In this document: piece by piece, positions 29,771-38,557 of the stretch
Layout: every line of letters starts with the position of its first letter
Numbering within the stretch: the first letter of the stretch is position 1
Assembly: GCA_032128875.1 (NCBI GenBank)
Contig: JAVLKG010000005.1
Location: forward strand, 160,001 to 224,000
Length of the DNA: 64,000 nucleotides
Origin: Candidatus Melainabacteria bacterium 17Bon1m
Lineage (GTDB): Bacteria; Cyanobacteriota; Vampirovibrionia; Obscuribacterales; Obscuribacteraceae
Reading direction: 5' to 3'
The notes under the pieces: generated by a model
What the model was told of the DNA's origin: nothing
The model's database searches: none
The model's input: only the letters and a program-made list of their open reading frames with translations
Translations under genes and position numbers: made by a program

Positions 29771-30007
29771 CAAAACGGACAATCTTGCACGTATCTTTCG
29801 AGCCTTTTCGGAAGCAATGCCTTGAAGATTCCGGCAGCAAGTCTTTCCGCAACTCTTTCTTGTTGATACTATTTCATATAGCGGAACAGTTGGAAAAAAT
29901 GAGACGGGTAAATTTGGCCCTCAGGGTGATTTCTCACCATGGGTTCCAAACTCGCCCGTCTCAAGGAGTGTTTTTGAGCCTTGCCTAAGTGCTCAGTCGA
30001 AAACGCT

Positions 30008-30874
30008 CTACCGCGGAATCGTGGTGGTCGAAATCGGCAGCCAGGCCCCCTTCTTCTTCGTCTTGTCGATCCAGGTCCACTTGTAGCGAACACCGTTGAA
30101 CTCCAGACGGAAGAAGAGGCCGAAGTATTCGGCAGCCTTTCCACACGCGTGGAAAGAGTCGGCGAACCAGTCCAGCGAGACGATTTCCTTGATGCTGGCG
30201 ACCTTTTCGTCGATTCGCATCTGCAGGACGATCTCGCCGGTTGGCTTGCGGTGACCGGGGTTGCGCTCCACGTCGACACGGACTTCCGCCTGCTTGATGG
30301 CGAAGTTGACCCGGTCGTGTGCAGCGTTGTACCACCAGTTACGGCGAGCCAGCGTCCAGTTGCCGAAGCCGAGGCGGCGCAAGATGTTGAGCTTCGTTGC
30401 CTTGTCCTCGCGAACGCGGCGCTCGTCACCGATGCACTTGTCGGCAATCACCAAGATGGCGTGCGCGGCACTGTAGATGCCGTGCTGGAGCACCCTGCTC
30501 GAGCGGTGGTGGACGATGAGCTTGCAGACCGGCGCGTAAAATTCGTGAGGCACGTCGCGCTTCTTCAGGTATTCGCTCATCACACGCGCGCCTTCACGGT
30601 CGTGGTTGTCGATGTCGATCGAGCGACCCACGTCATGACTGCGCAGTGCCACCGGCAGGATGAACTCGCGAGTGACTTCGTCCAGCAAGGGACCGAAGAC
30701 CGCTTCCAGCTGCGGAAGCAGAGACTTCATCCCGAGGTCATGGACTTCTTCACCGTGGTGAGCATCATGTCGAGTCTGCCACGAGGAGTTCTTGTCCCCG
30801 GCAGCATAAATTTCGAGATATTCGCGATCCGTAGGCATGGCATCGCGAATCTCGATCAGTCGAGATAGTTCCAT
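30008..30874 (-). CDS. HD-superfamily phosphohydrolase
   Basis: HDAHH..V, SHDVGR, H..EGA, HHRSS, ILVIADK..RVR, HDRVNFAI and CGKAA..F.LEFN motifs. Confidence 0.8.
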   Translation of the reverse strand: MELSRLIEIRDAMPTDREYLEIYAAGDKNSSWQTRHDAHHGEEVHDLGMKSLLPQLEAVFGPLLDEVTREFILPVALRSHDVGRSIDIDNHDREGARVMSEYLKKRDVPHEFYAPVCKLIVHHRSSRVLQHGIYSAAHAILVIADKCIGDERRVREDKATKLNILRRLGFGNWTLARRNWWYNAAHDRVNFAIKQAEVRVDVERNPGHRKPTGEIVLQMRIDEKVASIKEIVSLDWFADSFHACGKAAEYFGLFFRLEFNGVRYKWTWIDKTKKKGAWLPISTTTIPR

Positions 30875-31484
30875 TGTTCTTACTTTCTCCAGTTTTTTCT
30901 TAGCGCTCTGCCACCCAGCAGGAACGCCCTTTTTTGCTAAGTCACTTCGGATGGATAAGTGTGAAACCCTCGCTCCGTCGAAGGAGTGCAGACATCTGGC
31001 TTAGGTGCAAAGTAGGTGCGGCCTTTAGGTCCTGATGTCTGTGTGTCTCCTTGTGCAAGTGCGAAAAATAGGGTTAGGCCTAGAAACTAGCTATACGAGA
31101 GCATCAAGAGCAATACCTGGGCTAAATATTTATGGCTAGTAAGGCTTACAAGTCTTTGAGCTAACTAGGTTTAAAGCCTTAAATGGGCCTGGAGCGGCTA
31201 TGCACAGCTAACTCAGTTGCGCGAGCGAGCTGCGCTCTTACACTTTTTCGTCCCTGCGCCAAACAGCATTGTCCGTTAGTGTGCTGGTCGTAGCGACGCA
31301 GAAGCAAAGCCGCGTTATTGACAGATTGAAGTGCGCGGCGGCAGAAATGTTCGCTGCGCCATTCGGACCTCTAAAAAAATGACCAAATTGGCACCACAGG
31401 CGGTGTCTTTAAGTTGATGCTGAAAGTTGTCGCGAGCGGCTGAAAGCCTTGTCTGCGCTTCCTTTTATCTTTAAGGCCAAAATA

Positions 31485-31510
31485 AAAGAGGCACTGATCA
31501 GTGCCTCTTT
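31485..31510 (-). terminator. Intrinsic terminator (perfect 26-bp palindrome)
   Basis: AAAGAGGCACTGATCAGTGCCTCTTT, followed on the minus strand by a U-rich tract. Confidence 0.8.
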
Positions 31511-31514
31511 CTAG

Positions 31515-31670
31515 ATGTTCGCAGGACCGGTGCTGCCCTCGGTATTGACCATCCCTGGTCTCTCTCTCTGGAGTACCTGCGTCGTATGTTTTGTTCTACG
31601 ACCCGCTCCAGCAATTTAGGAATGGCTCGAGAACAAATTCATACTAGCGCAGATAACACGTCGGTGTCTG
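31515..31670 (-). ncRNA. Candidate rod-shaped ncRNA with central bubble, possibly 6S RNA
   Basis: Nested stems GTGTT/AGCAC, CCATTCCT/AGGGATGG, CTGGAG/CTCCAG and GTCGTA/TACGAC with an internal bubble; G.U pairs favour the minus strand; terminator directly downstream. Confidence 0.42.
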
Positions 31671-31707
31671 TAGTGAAAGTACGAAATCTGTGAGAAGTTC
31701 GTAAAAT

Positions 31708-33546
31708 TCAGGCTTCCGACGTCATTTGCGATTGCAGTTCGTTTAACAGATGTTCGATAAGAACCTCTGCCTGACTGCGTCCTAGCTCATCCCAGTGAGG
31801 AACTTTGAACCTGCTCACAGAGAAGCTGTCAGCTTGTTCGTCCGACCAGCCCACAAGATCCAGCGCTCTGCCAAGGATCGTGAGGTAGTTTTGGTCTGTT
31901 ATTTCACCAAGGAAAGGTCCTTTCTGCGCAGGTGCTGCTGGGGCTTTTGGCGGCTCCGGTGGCGCGGGCGGTGCGGGCGGTGCGGGCGGTGCGGGCACCG
32001 GCTCAGGTGGTGCCGGGGGCTCGAACTGCTGAGATGGCGGCGTAGGAGCCGGACCGGTCATGTATGGTGCCGGGGGCGGTGTCAGAAAAGGAGATGATGC
32101 CGAGGGTGTCGGTGTCGGAATGAAAGGCGAAGATTCCGCTGCCGGTGGCGTGAACGGTGTTCCTCCTGGACCTGGCATCGCCGCAGGCGGTGGTGGTGGC
32201 GGTGGAGGACTGGGCTCAGGTGAGAACGACGGTTCAGGCGGCTTGGGCGGCTCGGGTATATCTTTGATCGCTGCATCATTCGCTGACTGTACAACCGAAG
32301 AGAACATATCGCCTGCTGACGAAGGTGACAAAGGTAAAGAAGTCGGAGCAAAGCTGGAAGAGGGGGTTGGCTCTGCCGGTTTGGGTGGCTCAATTGTCGG
32401 CGGCTCAGGAGGTTTTGGTGGCGCCTGTGGTTCGCTTGATGCTGTCGGTGACGAAAGGAAAGGGGACGACTTGAATGGATCTGCCGGAGGCGCAGGAGGC
32501 GTTGCAGGGCTAGAAGTCGAACTCACCGGCGAGAAGGTACCGGAAGTAGTTGGTGCTGCCGTTGCCGAGCTAGAAGGAGACACAGGCGTAATTGTTGGCG
32601 CTGGGGGCGCTGGAATCTCCTCTTCCTCATCTACATCAGTATCTAGTCTTTCAGCGTTTGAAAAGGAAGGTACTTCGCCTGTTGTCTCATCGGCTGAACG
32701 CGCGCTAACCAAAGCAGATTCATCTTCTGCGATTTCTTCATCGAGCTCTTCTTCCTCGAGCAATGCATCGGCTTCTTCCTCGCTCATTCCAACAGAAGGT
32801 GCGGGCGCAGGTGGCGGAGCAGGGGGTGCAGGCGGCGGCGGTGCATTGGGCTCTCCAATAATGCTGCGGCGCTCGGGTGCTCCTAGTGGAGTCGACAAGC
32901 CGGAGCCTGGAGTGGAGAAAGAACTCGAAGAAGGACCGACTTCAAAAGTTGATTCTTTCGGCGTTGCCGGCGCACCAATTATCGACGTCCTCTGGGGCGG
33001 CGGTGGAGGTGGGGGCGGCGGAGTGAATTCCACAGGAGGACCGGCGGAAAAATCAGGACCAATTGAAATTTCTTGCGGTGGAGCAGCTTTTGGCTCCGGC
33101 GCGAATTCGCGTTGCATGGGCTGCCATGGCGAAGACGGTTCGCCTTGCAGCTCTTGCTTGAGGGTGATGGAAATGAGCAATTGCCTCAATTCATCGATTT
33201 GTCTGGAAATTTCGATGAAGCGACGCTCGGTAAAATTGCGGAAGCCAATCAAGGCTTCGTTGAGAACTTCCGGATTTCCAGGCGGCGGCGGCAGGCCGAT
33301 GAGCTTCGGCGTAACGAGACCTTCGGCTTCCAGCTGCGGGCGGATCTGAGACGTAGGCCAGCCTTGCTCGACCAGCTCTTTGATTCGCTCAAGGACCGAC
33401 ATATCTTCAGAGCGGTATTGCCTCTGTTGCCCTCGCCCGCGCTTAATCTCAAGACCGAACATTAGCTCCCAGCGTCTCAACTGGTGAACTGAGAGCCCTA
33501 ATTTGGCTGCTACAGCATTGATTGAAAGCATATCGGCTTGGGACAT
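31708..33546 (-). CDS. MerR-type HTH protein with long Pro/Ser/Glu-rich linker and small C-terminal helical domain
   Basis: LSINAVAAKLGLSVHQLRRWE..GRGQQRQYRSEDM..IKEL..QGW; coiled coil; about 400 aa low complexity; C-terminal LVGWSDEQ..ELGRSQAEVLIEHL. Confidence 0.82.
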   Translation of the reverse strand: MSQADMLSINAVAAKLGLSVHQLRRWELMFGLEIKRGRGQQRQYRSEDMSVLERIKELVEQGWPTSQIRPQLEAEGLVTPKLIGLPPPPGNPEVLNEALIGFRNFTERRFIEISRQIDELRQLLISITLKQELQGEPSSPWQPMQREFAPEPKAAPPQEISIGPDFSAGPPVEFTPPPPPPPPPQRTSIIGAPATPKESTFEVGPSSSSFSTPGSGLSTPLGAPERRSIIGEPNAPPPPAPPAPPPAPAPSVGMSEEEADALLEEEELDEEIAEDESALVSARSADETTGEVPSFSNAERLDTDVDEEEEIPAPPAPTITPVSPSSSATAAPTTSGTFSPVSSTSSPATPPAPPADPFKSSPFLSSPTASSEPQAPPKPPEPPTIEPPKPAEPTPSSSFAPTSLPLSPSSAGDMFSSVVQSANDAAIKDIPEPPKPPEPSFSPEPSPPPPPPPPAAMPGPGGTPFTPPAAESSPFIPTPTPSASSPFLTPPPAPYMTGPAPTPPSQQFEPPAPPEPVPAPPAPPAPPAPPEPPKAPAAPAQKGPFLGEITDQNYLTILGRALDLVGWSDEQADSFSVSRFKVPHWDELGRSQAEVLIEHLLNELQSQMTSEA

Positions 33547-33735
33547 GAAACGACTCCAGAAGTAGGTTGTTCTACCATTATATACACTAACTAGCGCAGG
33601 TGGCGTAGCTCCGATACTTGCTTATTGAAACGTTGGTAACTCCTTAACTGGTTTGGGTTTTAAGCTTCTGGCATCGTTCAGTCCTATGCTTTTTAATCAC
33701 CCCAAAAGATACTAAATTGTGTAGTATTAACGAGC

Positions 33736-33777
33736 AAAAATGAAAGGGAGGAGCACCCGAAGGTGCCCGCTCCCTCC
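33736..33777 (-). terminator. Intrinsic terminator
   Basis: Minus strand GGAGGGAGCGGGCACC-TTCG-GGTGCTCCTCCCTTTCATTTTT. Confidence 0.8.
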
Positions 33778-33847
33778 GAACATCGCTCTCAACCGAAGTC
33801 ATCATCTGACTTCAGCTGAAAACCTCGGTTCGGCCGAGTTTCTGGGC

Positions 33848-34291
33848 TCAGTAGCCGTCGATGACGTGCTGCCGACCGTAGCTGTCGCGGTACACGTAGG
33901 CACCGAAATAGCTGTCCCAGTAGGCGACCACGCGAACGCGAACCGGTCGATCCTCCCACCCGTAGCGGGTGCGGATCTGGCGGTACTCCAGCACGGTGAC
34001 CGTGATGGTCTGTGGCGCTCTGTTGTAGTAACGGTCGCCGTAGTAGTAACGGCCGCCACGGTAGTCCGGGTAGCCGTACACGTCGTTGCGCGGATAGCGA
34101 CGATAGTCACCACCCCAGTGGCCGCCGTGGCGGTAGCCGTGGTTCCAGTTGGGGTTGCCGCGATACGAGCCGATCGAAACGCCGAAGCCGTCACGACCGA
34201 CGTAAACGCCGACGTTCTGGGCGTTTGCCGGGGTTGCCGCGAAGCCGATCATCATGCCGACGAACGCGAGAGCAATTGCTAGCTTTCTCAT
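33848..34291 (-). CDS. Exported Gly/Tyr/Arg-rich small protein
   Basis: Signal peptide (..TPANA), VGVYVG..GVSIG, Tyr/Gly/Arg-rich body; CAGGAG RBS. Confidence 0.75.
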   Translation of the reverse strand: MRKLAIALAFVGMMIGFAATPANAQNVGVYVGRDGFGVSIGSYRGNPNWNHGYRHGGHWGGDYRRYPRNDVYGYPDYRGGRYYYGDRYYNRAPQTITVTVLEYRQIRTRYGWEDRPVRVRVVAYWDSYFGAYVYRDSYGRQHVIDGY

Positions 34292-34901
34292 ACAGTCTCC
34301 TGTGATTTTTAGAGCGACGAAAACCCACCTGCGCGCTTGCCTCGCACATGTGTGAACTCGTTTATGCTCCGGTTATTGGTAGGTGAAAGACCTTGCAAAG
34401 CCAAGCCTACCGCTCAGTTTTGCAAGCTTCTGATTCCCAATCTGCAGTACCCGTGTGTCTTCCCCTCGCTTGCGCGAAAAGAAAGAGAGCTAGAAAGTGG
34501 CAAGGGTGAGCGCTTTCTTGGCAGGTATTTACGGACTAGGTCTTGAATAAAGAACAGAAGTATTTTGAAGCTAGCAAAGCTGCTCATGCCAACTCAATGC
34601 CACTGGGTGGCAACTTTGCACCTAAGTGTGGAAAACACGATGCGCGCTTTACAATTGGCATTGCCAAAAGCGTCAGCCTGCCGGGTTTTTCAATCTGCCT
34701 GCGCTAATGCCGCAAGCGGTTGCATTGCAGCAACATCTTGTCGTGAAGCACTTTTCTTCCCTTTCTCAGTGAAAGGTTTCGCACCTAACTTCGATCAAGC
34801 CCGACCAAAAAGCCGTAATATATGGGCTCGCTAATGTCCGGTGCCGCCTTCTGCAGTGCCGAACAAAACTCCGTCGGGCGAAATCACAAAGGTCGGCAAT
34901 C

Positions 34902-36164
34902 ATGAAAGAAAACGCGAGACGCGCAATTGTGCTGGTTATTGATGGCTGCGGAATAGGCGCGGCACCGGATGCGGAAGCTTTCGGCGATTCGAACAGCTGC
35001 AACACCCTAGCTAATACCGCACAAAAACTGGGCGGATTGAAGTTGCCTACAATGGAAAAATTAGGCTTGGGCAATATCACCGCTATCAATGGTGTTAAGC
35101 AACTTGACCAGTGCTTCGCACGCTTCGGCAAGCTTGAAGAGTCCTCCAACGGAAAGGACACTCAAACAGGGCACTGGGAGATGATGGGACTGGTAAGCGA
35201 GCAAGCGTTTCCCCTGTACCCTAATGGCTTTCCCCAGGATTTGATCGACGCTTTCATAAAAGAAACCGGCTGCAAGGGCATACTCGGAAATAAGCCTGCA
35301 TCAGGAACCGACATCCTCGAAGAACTCGGTGAAGAGCACAAGAAAACTGGCTATCCGATTGTCTACACTTCCGGCGACAGTGTTTTCCAAATCGCGACCA
35401 ATGTGGAAACCACCGACCTACCAACTCTTTATCGTTGGTGCGAAACTGCCCGCAAACTGCTCGATGGACCGCATCGCGTCGGTCGAGTCATCGCTCGACC
35501 ATTCAAAGGCAGCAAAGGCAATTACACAAGACTGGGTGGAGATCGCCGCGATTACGCTGTTCCACCGCCCAAAAAGACCTTGCTCGATATTCTGCTCGAT
35601 CAAAAAATCGGCGTATACGGCATCGGTAAAATCGAAGATATCTTTGTGAAACAGGGCTTGAGCCATGCCAAACACACAGGCACCAACGTTGAAGGTTTGC
35701 AGTTGACTCTGGATGCCATCACCGGCTCAACCGACTTGAGCTCTTACAAATTGGGTCCGAATATGCCCGACGACATTCAGATGATCTTTACCAACCTTGT
35801 TGATACTGACTCGCTTTACGGGCACAGACGCGATGTTGCAGGCTATGGCAAAGCACTCGTTGAAATTGATCAGTGGTTGGATCGCATTGTGAAAGCCATG
35901 CGCAGAGACGATTTACTGATTATTTCCTCCGACCATGGTAACGACCCGACCGCTCCCGGCACGGACCATACTCGTGAGTTTGTCCCATTCATCGGCTACT
36001 CTCCCGCCTTCATCGAGGGCGACAAGCCGATGGCTCAAAACAAAGCAAACGTTGGAACTCGCGCAGGGTTCATGGATATGGCAGCTACCGTTGCCGATTG
36101 GATGGACATCAAATGGAGCGGGCTCGGCACCTCCGTATTGGAAGGACAGGGAGCGAAAGTCTAG
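34902..36164 (+). CDS. deoB: Phosphopentomutase
   Basis: IDGCGIGAAPDA, SNGKDTQTGHWE, YTSGDSVFQIA, GRVIARPF, TNLVDTDSLYGHRRD, SDHGNDPT..TDHTRE. Confidence 0.96.
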   Translation: MKENARRAIVLVIDGCGIGAAPDAEAFGDSNSCNTLANTAQKLGGLKLPTMEKLGLGNITAINGVKQLDQCFARFGKLEESSNGKDTQTGHWEMMGLVSEQAFPLYPNGFPQDLIDAFIKETGCKGILGNKPASGTDILEELGEEHKKTGYPIVYTSGDSVFQIATNVETTDLPTLYRWCETARKLLDGPHRVGRVIARPFKGSKGNYTRLGGDRRDYAVPPPKKTLLDILLDQKIGVYGIGKIEDIFVKQGLSHAKHTGTNVEGLQLTLDAITGSTDLSSYKLGPNMPDDIQMIFTNLVDTDSLYGHRRDVAGYGKALVEIDQWLDRIVKAMRRDDLLIISSDHGNDPTAPGTDHTREFVPFIGYSPAFIEGDKPMAQNKANVGTRAGFMDMAATVADWMDIKWSGLGTSVLEGQGAKV

Positions 36165-36174
36165 CTCGGTAACC

Positions 36175-36223
36175 GTAGGGTGACGCCATGCGTCGACCGG
36201 GCAATGCATGGCATCGCCCCTAG
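36175..36223. repeat. GTAG-type REP-like doublet (two inverted units of about 25 nt)
   Basis: GTAGGGTGACGCCATGCGTCGACC plus inverted CTAGGGGCGATGCCATGCATTGCCC. Confidence 0.65.
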
Positions 36224-36268
36224 AAGAACCGCACACAGCAAGTTTATGAAACGTTAGGAGTAACGAAA

Positions 36269-36778
36269 GTGTCAGCAAAAAAACTAATTGATTTCACCGG
36301 TCAGGCTAAGGGTTTCCAAAAGCATGATCGCTTTGACGACAATGTAGTCAACGAGTTGAGAAAAGATGGAGCAGGTGGAGAAGTTGTGGTTATCGACTAT
36401 GCCATCGGTTTAAGCGAACCGGCTATCGTTTCCGATCACTTGAACTTGACCGGTTCGAGCCCTCTTTGCGGACCTAACAACCCAATCGGAGAGCGCTTCC
36501 CGGTGGTTAACGACATTTATGTTTGCGACGATGCGAAGTTGCCGAAAGGACTTCAATCATTGAAGAAAATTGTTATTGCAGGCTTGAAAGACGGCGTAAA
36601 AACCGGCGAAAAGGAACTTGAGCTGATTAAGTCGATGGGTGCGGAAGCCTTTTGTAAGAACGTCGTGCACACGATGATCGTGGCAGCTCATGCTAAAAAG
36701 AAAGTTCTTGCGATTGTTGTTCCGGAAGGAAAAACATTGAGCGCAGACCTTTTGGCTGCGATTGCTGAATTGAATTAA
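36269..36778 (+). CDS. Degenerate, truncated purine-nucleoside-phosphorylase-like protein
   Basis: SDHLNLTGSSPLCGPNNPIGERFPVVNDIY and GAEAFCKNVVHTMIVAAH..KVLAI match the C-terminal half of trimeric PNP; catalytic motifs absent; GTG start with AGGAG RBS. Confidence 0.78.
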   Translation: MSAKKLIDFTGQAKGFQKHDRFDDNVVNELRKDGAGGEVVVIDYAIGLSEPAIVSDHLNLTGSSPLCGPNNPIGERFPVVNDIYVCDDAKLPKGLQSLKKIVIAGLKDGVKTGEKELELIKSMGAEAFCKNVVHTMIVAAHAKKKVLAIVVPEGKTLSADLLAAIAELN

Positions 36779-36779
36779 C

Positions 36780-36804
36780 GGTCGACGCGTGGCGTCGACC
36801 CTAC
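36780..36804 (-). repeat. GTAG-type REP-like singlet
   Basis: Minus strand GTAGGGTCGACGCCACGCGTCGACC, near-identical to the unit at 36175. Confidence 0.65.
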
Positions 36805-36850
36805 AGAAACTTTCGAAAACTAGCTATTTATCGAACTAAGCGAGGATGAA

Positions 36851-37678
36851 ATGAGTCAAGCAGTTGCAGACAGAGCTGAGAATGCGGTTGCCTATTTGAA
36901 GGACAAAGTTACTGGTATACCGGCAGCAGCAGTGGTTTTAGGCTCCGGTGTCAGTGTTCTGGAAGGGCTTGTCGATAGCAAGAGTTTTCCATTCCTGGAC
37001 GTTTTTGGAATCTCTCCCAGTGTTCATGGACACTCAGGCAATGTCACCGTCGGTCGTTTGAGCGAAGCTGAAGATGCGCCGCTTATAGCTGTTTTCCGCG
37101 GTCGCTTCCATCTCTACGAAGGTCATGACTGGTCTGTAGTCACACTGGCTGCACGTGTCGTCGCTCTCTGGGGCGTGAAGAAACTCTTGTTGACGAACGC
37201 TGCAGGTGGACTCAACAAGGACTATCATGTCGGCGATTTAATGGTGCTCACCGGTTACAGAGACCATCTGAGTCCTGAACTGGCTCAGACGGGTTTGCTG
37301 TCAGCCATCGCAAAGCCGACGACAAAATGCAGCAATGCGCTTAGTGATGAGCTTTTGAAAGTCGGTGAACAACTGGCGAAAGACGACAAAGAGTTTCGCC
37401 CGCTTAGACAGGGCACGTACTGTGCGCTGGCTGGCCCTAACTACGAAACGATGGCGGAAATCGAGATGTTGCGCCGTCTGAAAGGCGATGCAGTCGGTAT
37501 GTCCACTGTTCCTGAAATGCTCGCAGTAGAAGGCACAGGGACAATGGCTGCTGCCGTTTCAGTCATCACCAATGTCTGGCGCGAAGACGAGCCTATGGGC
37601 GGTCATGAGGAAGTTCTCGAAGCTTCGAAGATGGCGTCCAAGAGACTCGATCAGCTCTTCAGAAAAGTTCTCGGTTAA
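36851..37678 (+). CDS. punA: Purine-nucleoside phosphorylase (trimeric/NP-I type)
   Basis: VLGSG, GRFHLYEG, LTNAAGG, GPNYET, GDAVGMSTVPE, VITN, HEEVL. Confidence 0.9.
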   Translation: MSQAVADRAENAVAYLKDKVTGIPAAAVVLGSGVSVLEGLVDSKSFPFLDVFGISPSVHGHSGNVTVGRLSEAEDAPLIAVFRGRFHLYEGHDWSVVTLAARVVALWGVKKLLLTNAAGGLNKDYHVGDLMVLTGYRDHLSPELAQTGLLSAIAKPTTKCSNALSDELLKVGEQLAKDDKEFRPLRQGTYCALAGPNYETMAEIEMLRRLKGDAVGMSTVPEMLAVEGTGTMAAAVSVITNVWREDEPMGGHEEVLEASKMASKRLDQLFRKVLG

Positions 37679-37862
37679 CGTCTGAAAACTGTTTTTGTTC
37701 TCAAATAACGCCGGTATTTGGATTCGACGGCGTTGTTTGCATTCGACGATGCTGCTTTGTAATTGAAAACAGAGCCGATGATGCCACCAATTACGGTGTC
37801 GTATGTGGTTGTGTCGTCGAACCCTCCTTGGATATACGATATAGAATCGTAGGGGTGGGCGT

Positions 37863-37893
37863 AAAAAACGAATGCCTCAGAACGAGGCATTCG
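37863..37893 (-). terminator. Intrinsic terminator
   Basis: Minus strand CGAATGCCTC-GTTCT-GAGGCATTCG-TTTTTT. Confidence 0.8.
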
Positions 37894-37987
37894 CCCGCGC
37901 TAGACCAGTCGCCCGGCATCCGCCACCAAAGGTGACCAATGCCGAGCTCCTGGCTGCACGGTAAAGCTTGACTTGAATCAGGCGCCG

Positions 37988-38557
37988 TTACTGGGTCTGA
38001 TGATCCTGGCAGTGTCCGCAGTTGTTGCAGCAATCGCCGGCGAGGGGCGTTGAGCAATTCCAACAGGCAGGCACCGTCCCCGGAAGATGGTGGTCGTTGG
38101 TGTAGACGACCGGGGGCGTGGTGCTGCGCGCGGCACTTTCCTGGAGCTTCTGCTCCAGCGTGGCGGCGTATGAAACAGGGTCGAGCAGATGGAACTTGAA
38201 CGTTCCGACCACTTGCCCGCCCGCGCTATCACGGCGCACAAGCACCGTCATCTCGCTGGGGAAGGGGTTGCGATTCTGGCTGCGGCTGCCACCAATGAGG
38301 TTGCGCAGCAGGCTGCCAGCGCCGGACGGCTTGGAAGCCGCGGGCACATCGATGGGAGTGGCGGGCTCGTCGAGCGCGACACAGGAAACCTCCTCACCGT
38401 CCACCTCGATGCACGCGTGGAAGCCAGGCTTCATCGCGAACGCGAGCATCTGAGGGATGGTGCCTTGTGGCACGCTGACGAATGTGGTGGTTCCGTCTTG
38501 TTCGACAAACCGATCGAACGTCTTGCGAGCGGTATCACATACTCGGACTGTGATCAT
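37988..38557 (-). CDS. Hypothetical protein with C-terminal zinc ribbon
   Basis: Start MITVRV after GGAGG; C-terminal CWNC..CCNNCGHC. Confidence 0.7.
   Translation of the reverse strand: MITVRVCDTARKTFDRFVEQDGTTTFVSVPQGTIPQMLAFAMKPGFHACIEVDGEEVSCVALDEPATPIDVPAASKPSGAGSLLRNLIGGSRSQNRNPFPSEMTVLVRRDSAGGQVVGTFKFHLLDPVSYAATLEQKLQESAARSTTPPVVYTNDHHLPGTVPACWNCSTPLAGDCCNNCGHCQDHQTQ

Noticed and set aside
31233-31243. CGCTCTTACAC, matching lambda nutR boxA
   Set aside because: On the strand opposite both flanking genes, no boxB; likely chance.
31958-31996. 9-bp tandem repeat GGTGCGGGC
   Set aside because: Simply encodes PAP repeats in the MerR-protein linker.
32060-33349. 429-aa Gly-rich plus-strand ORF
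   Set aside because: Antisense mirror of the Pro-rich linker (CCN codons read as GG-rich codons).
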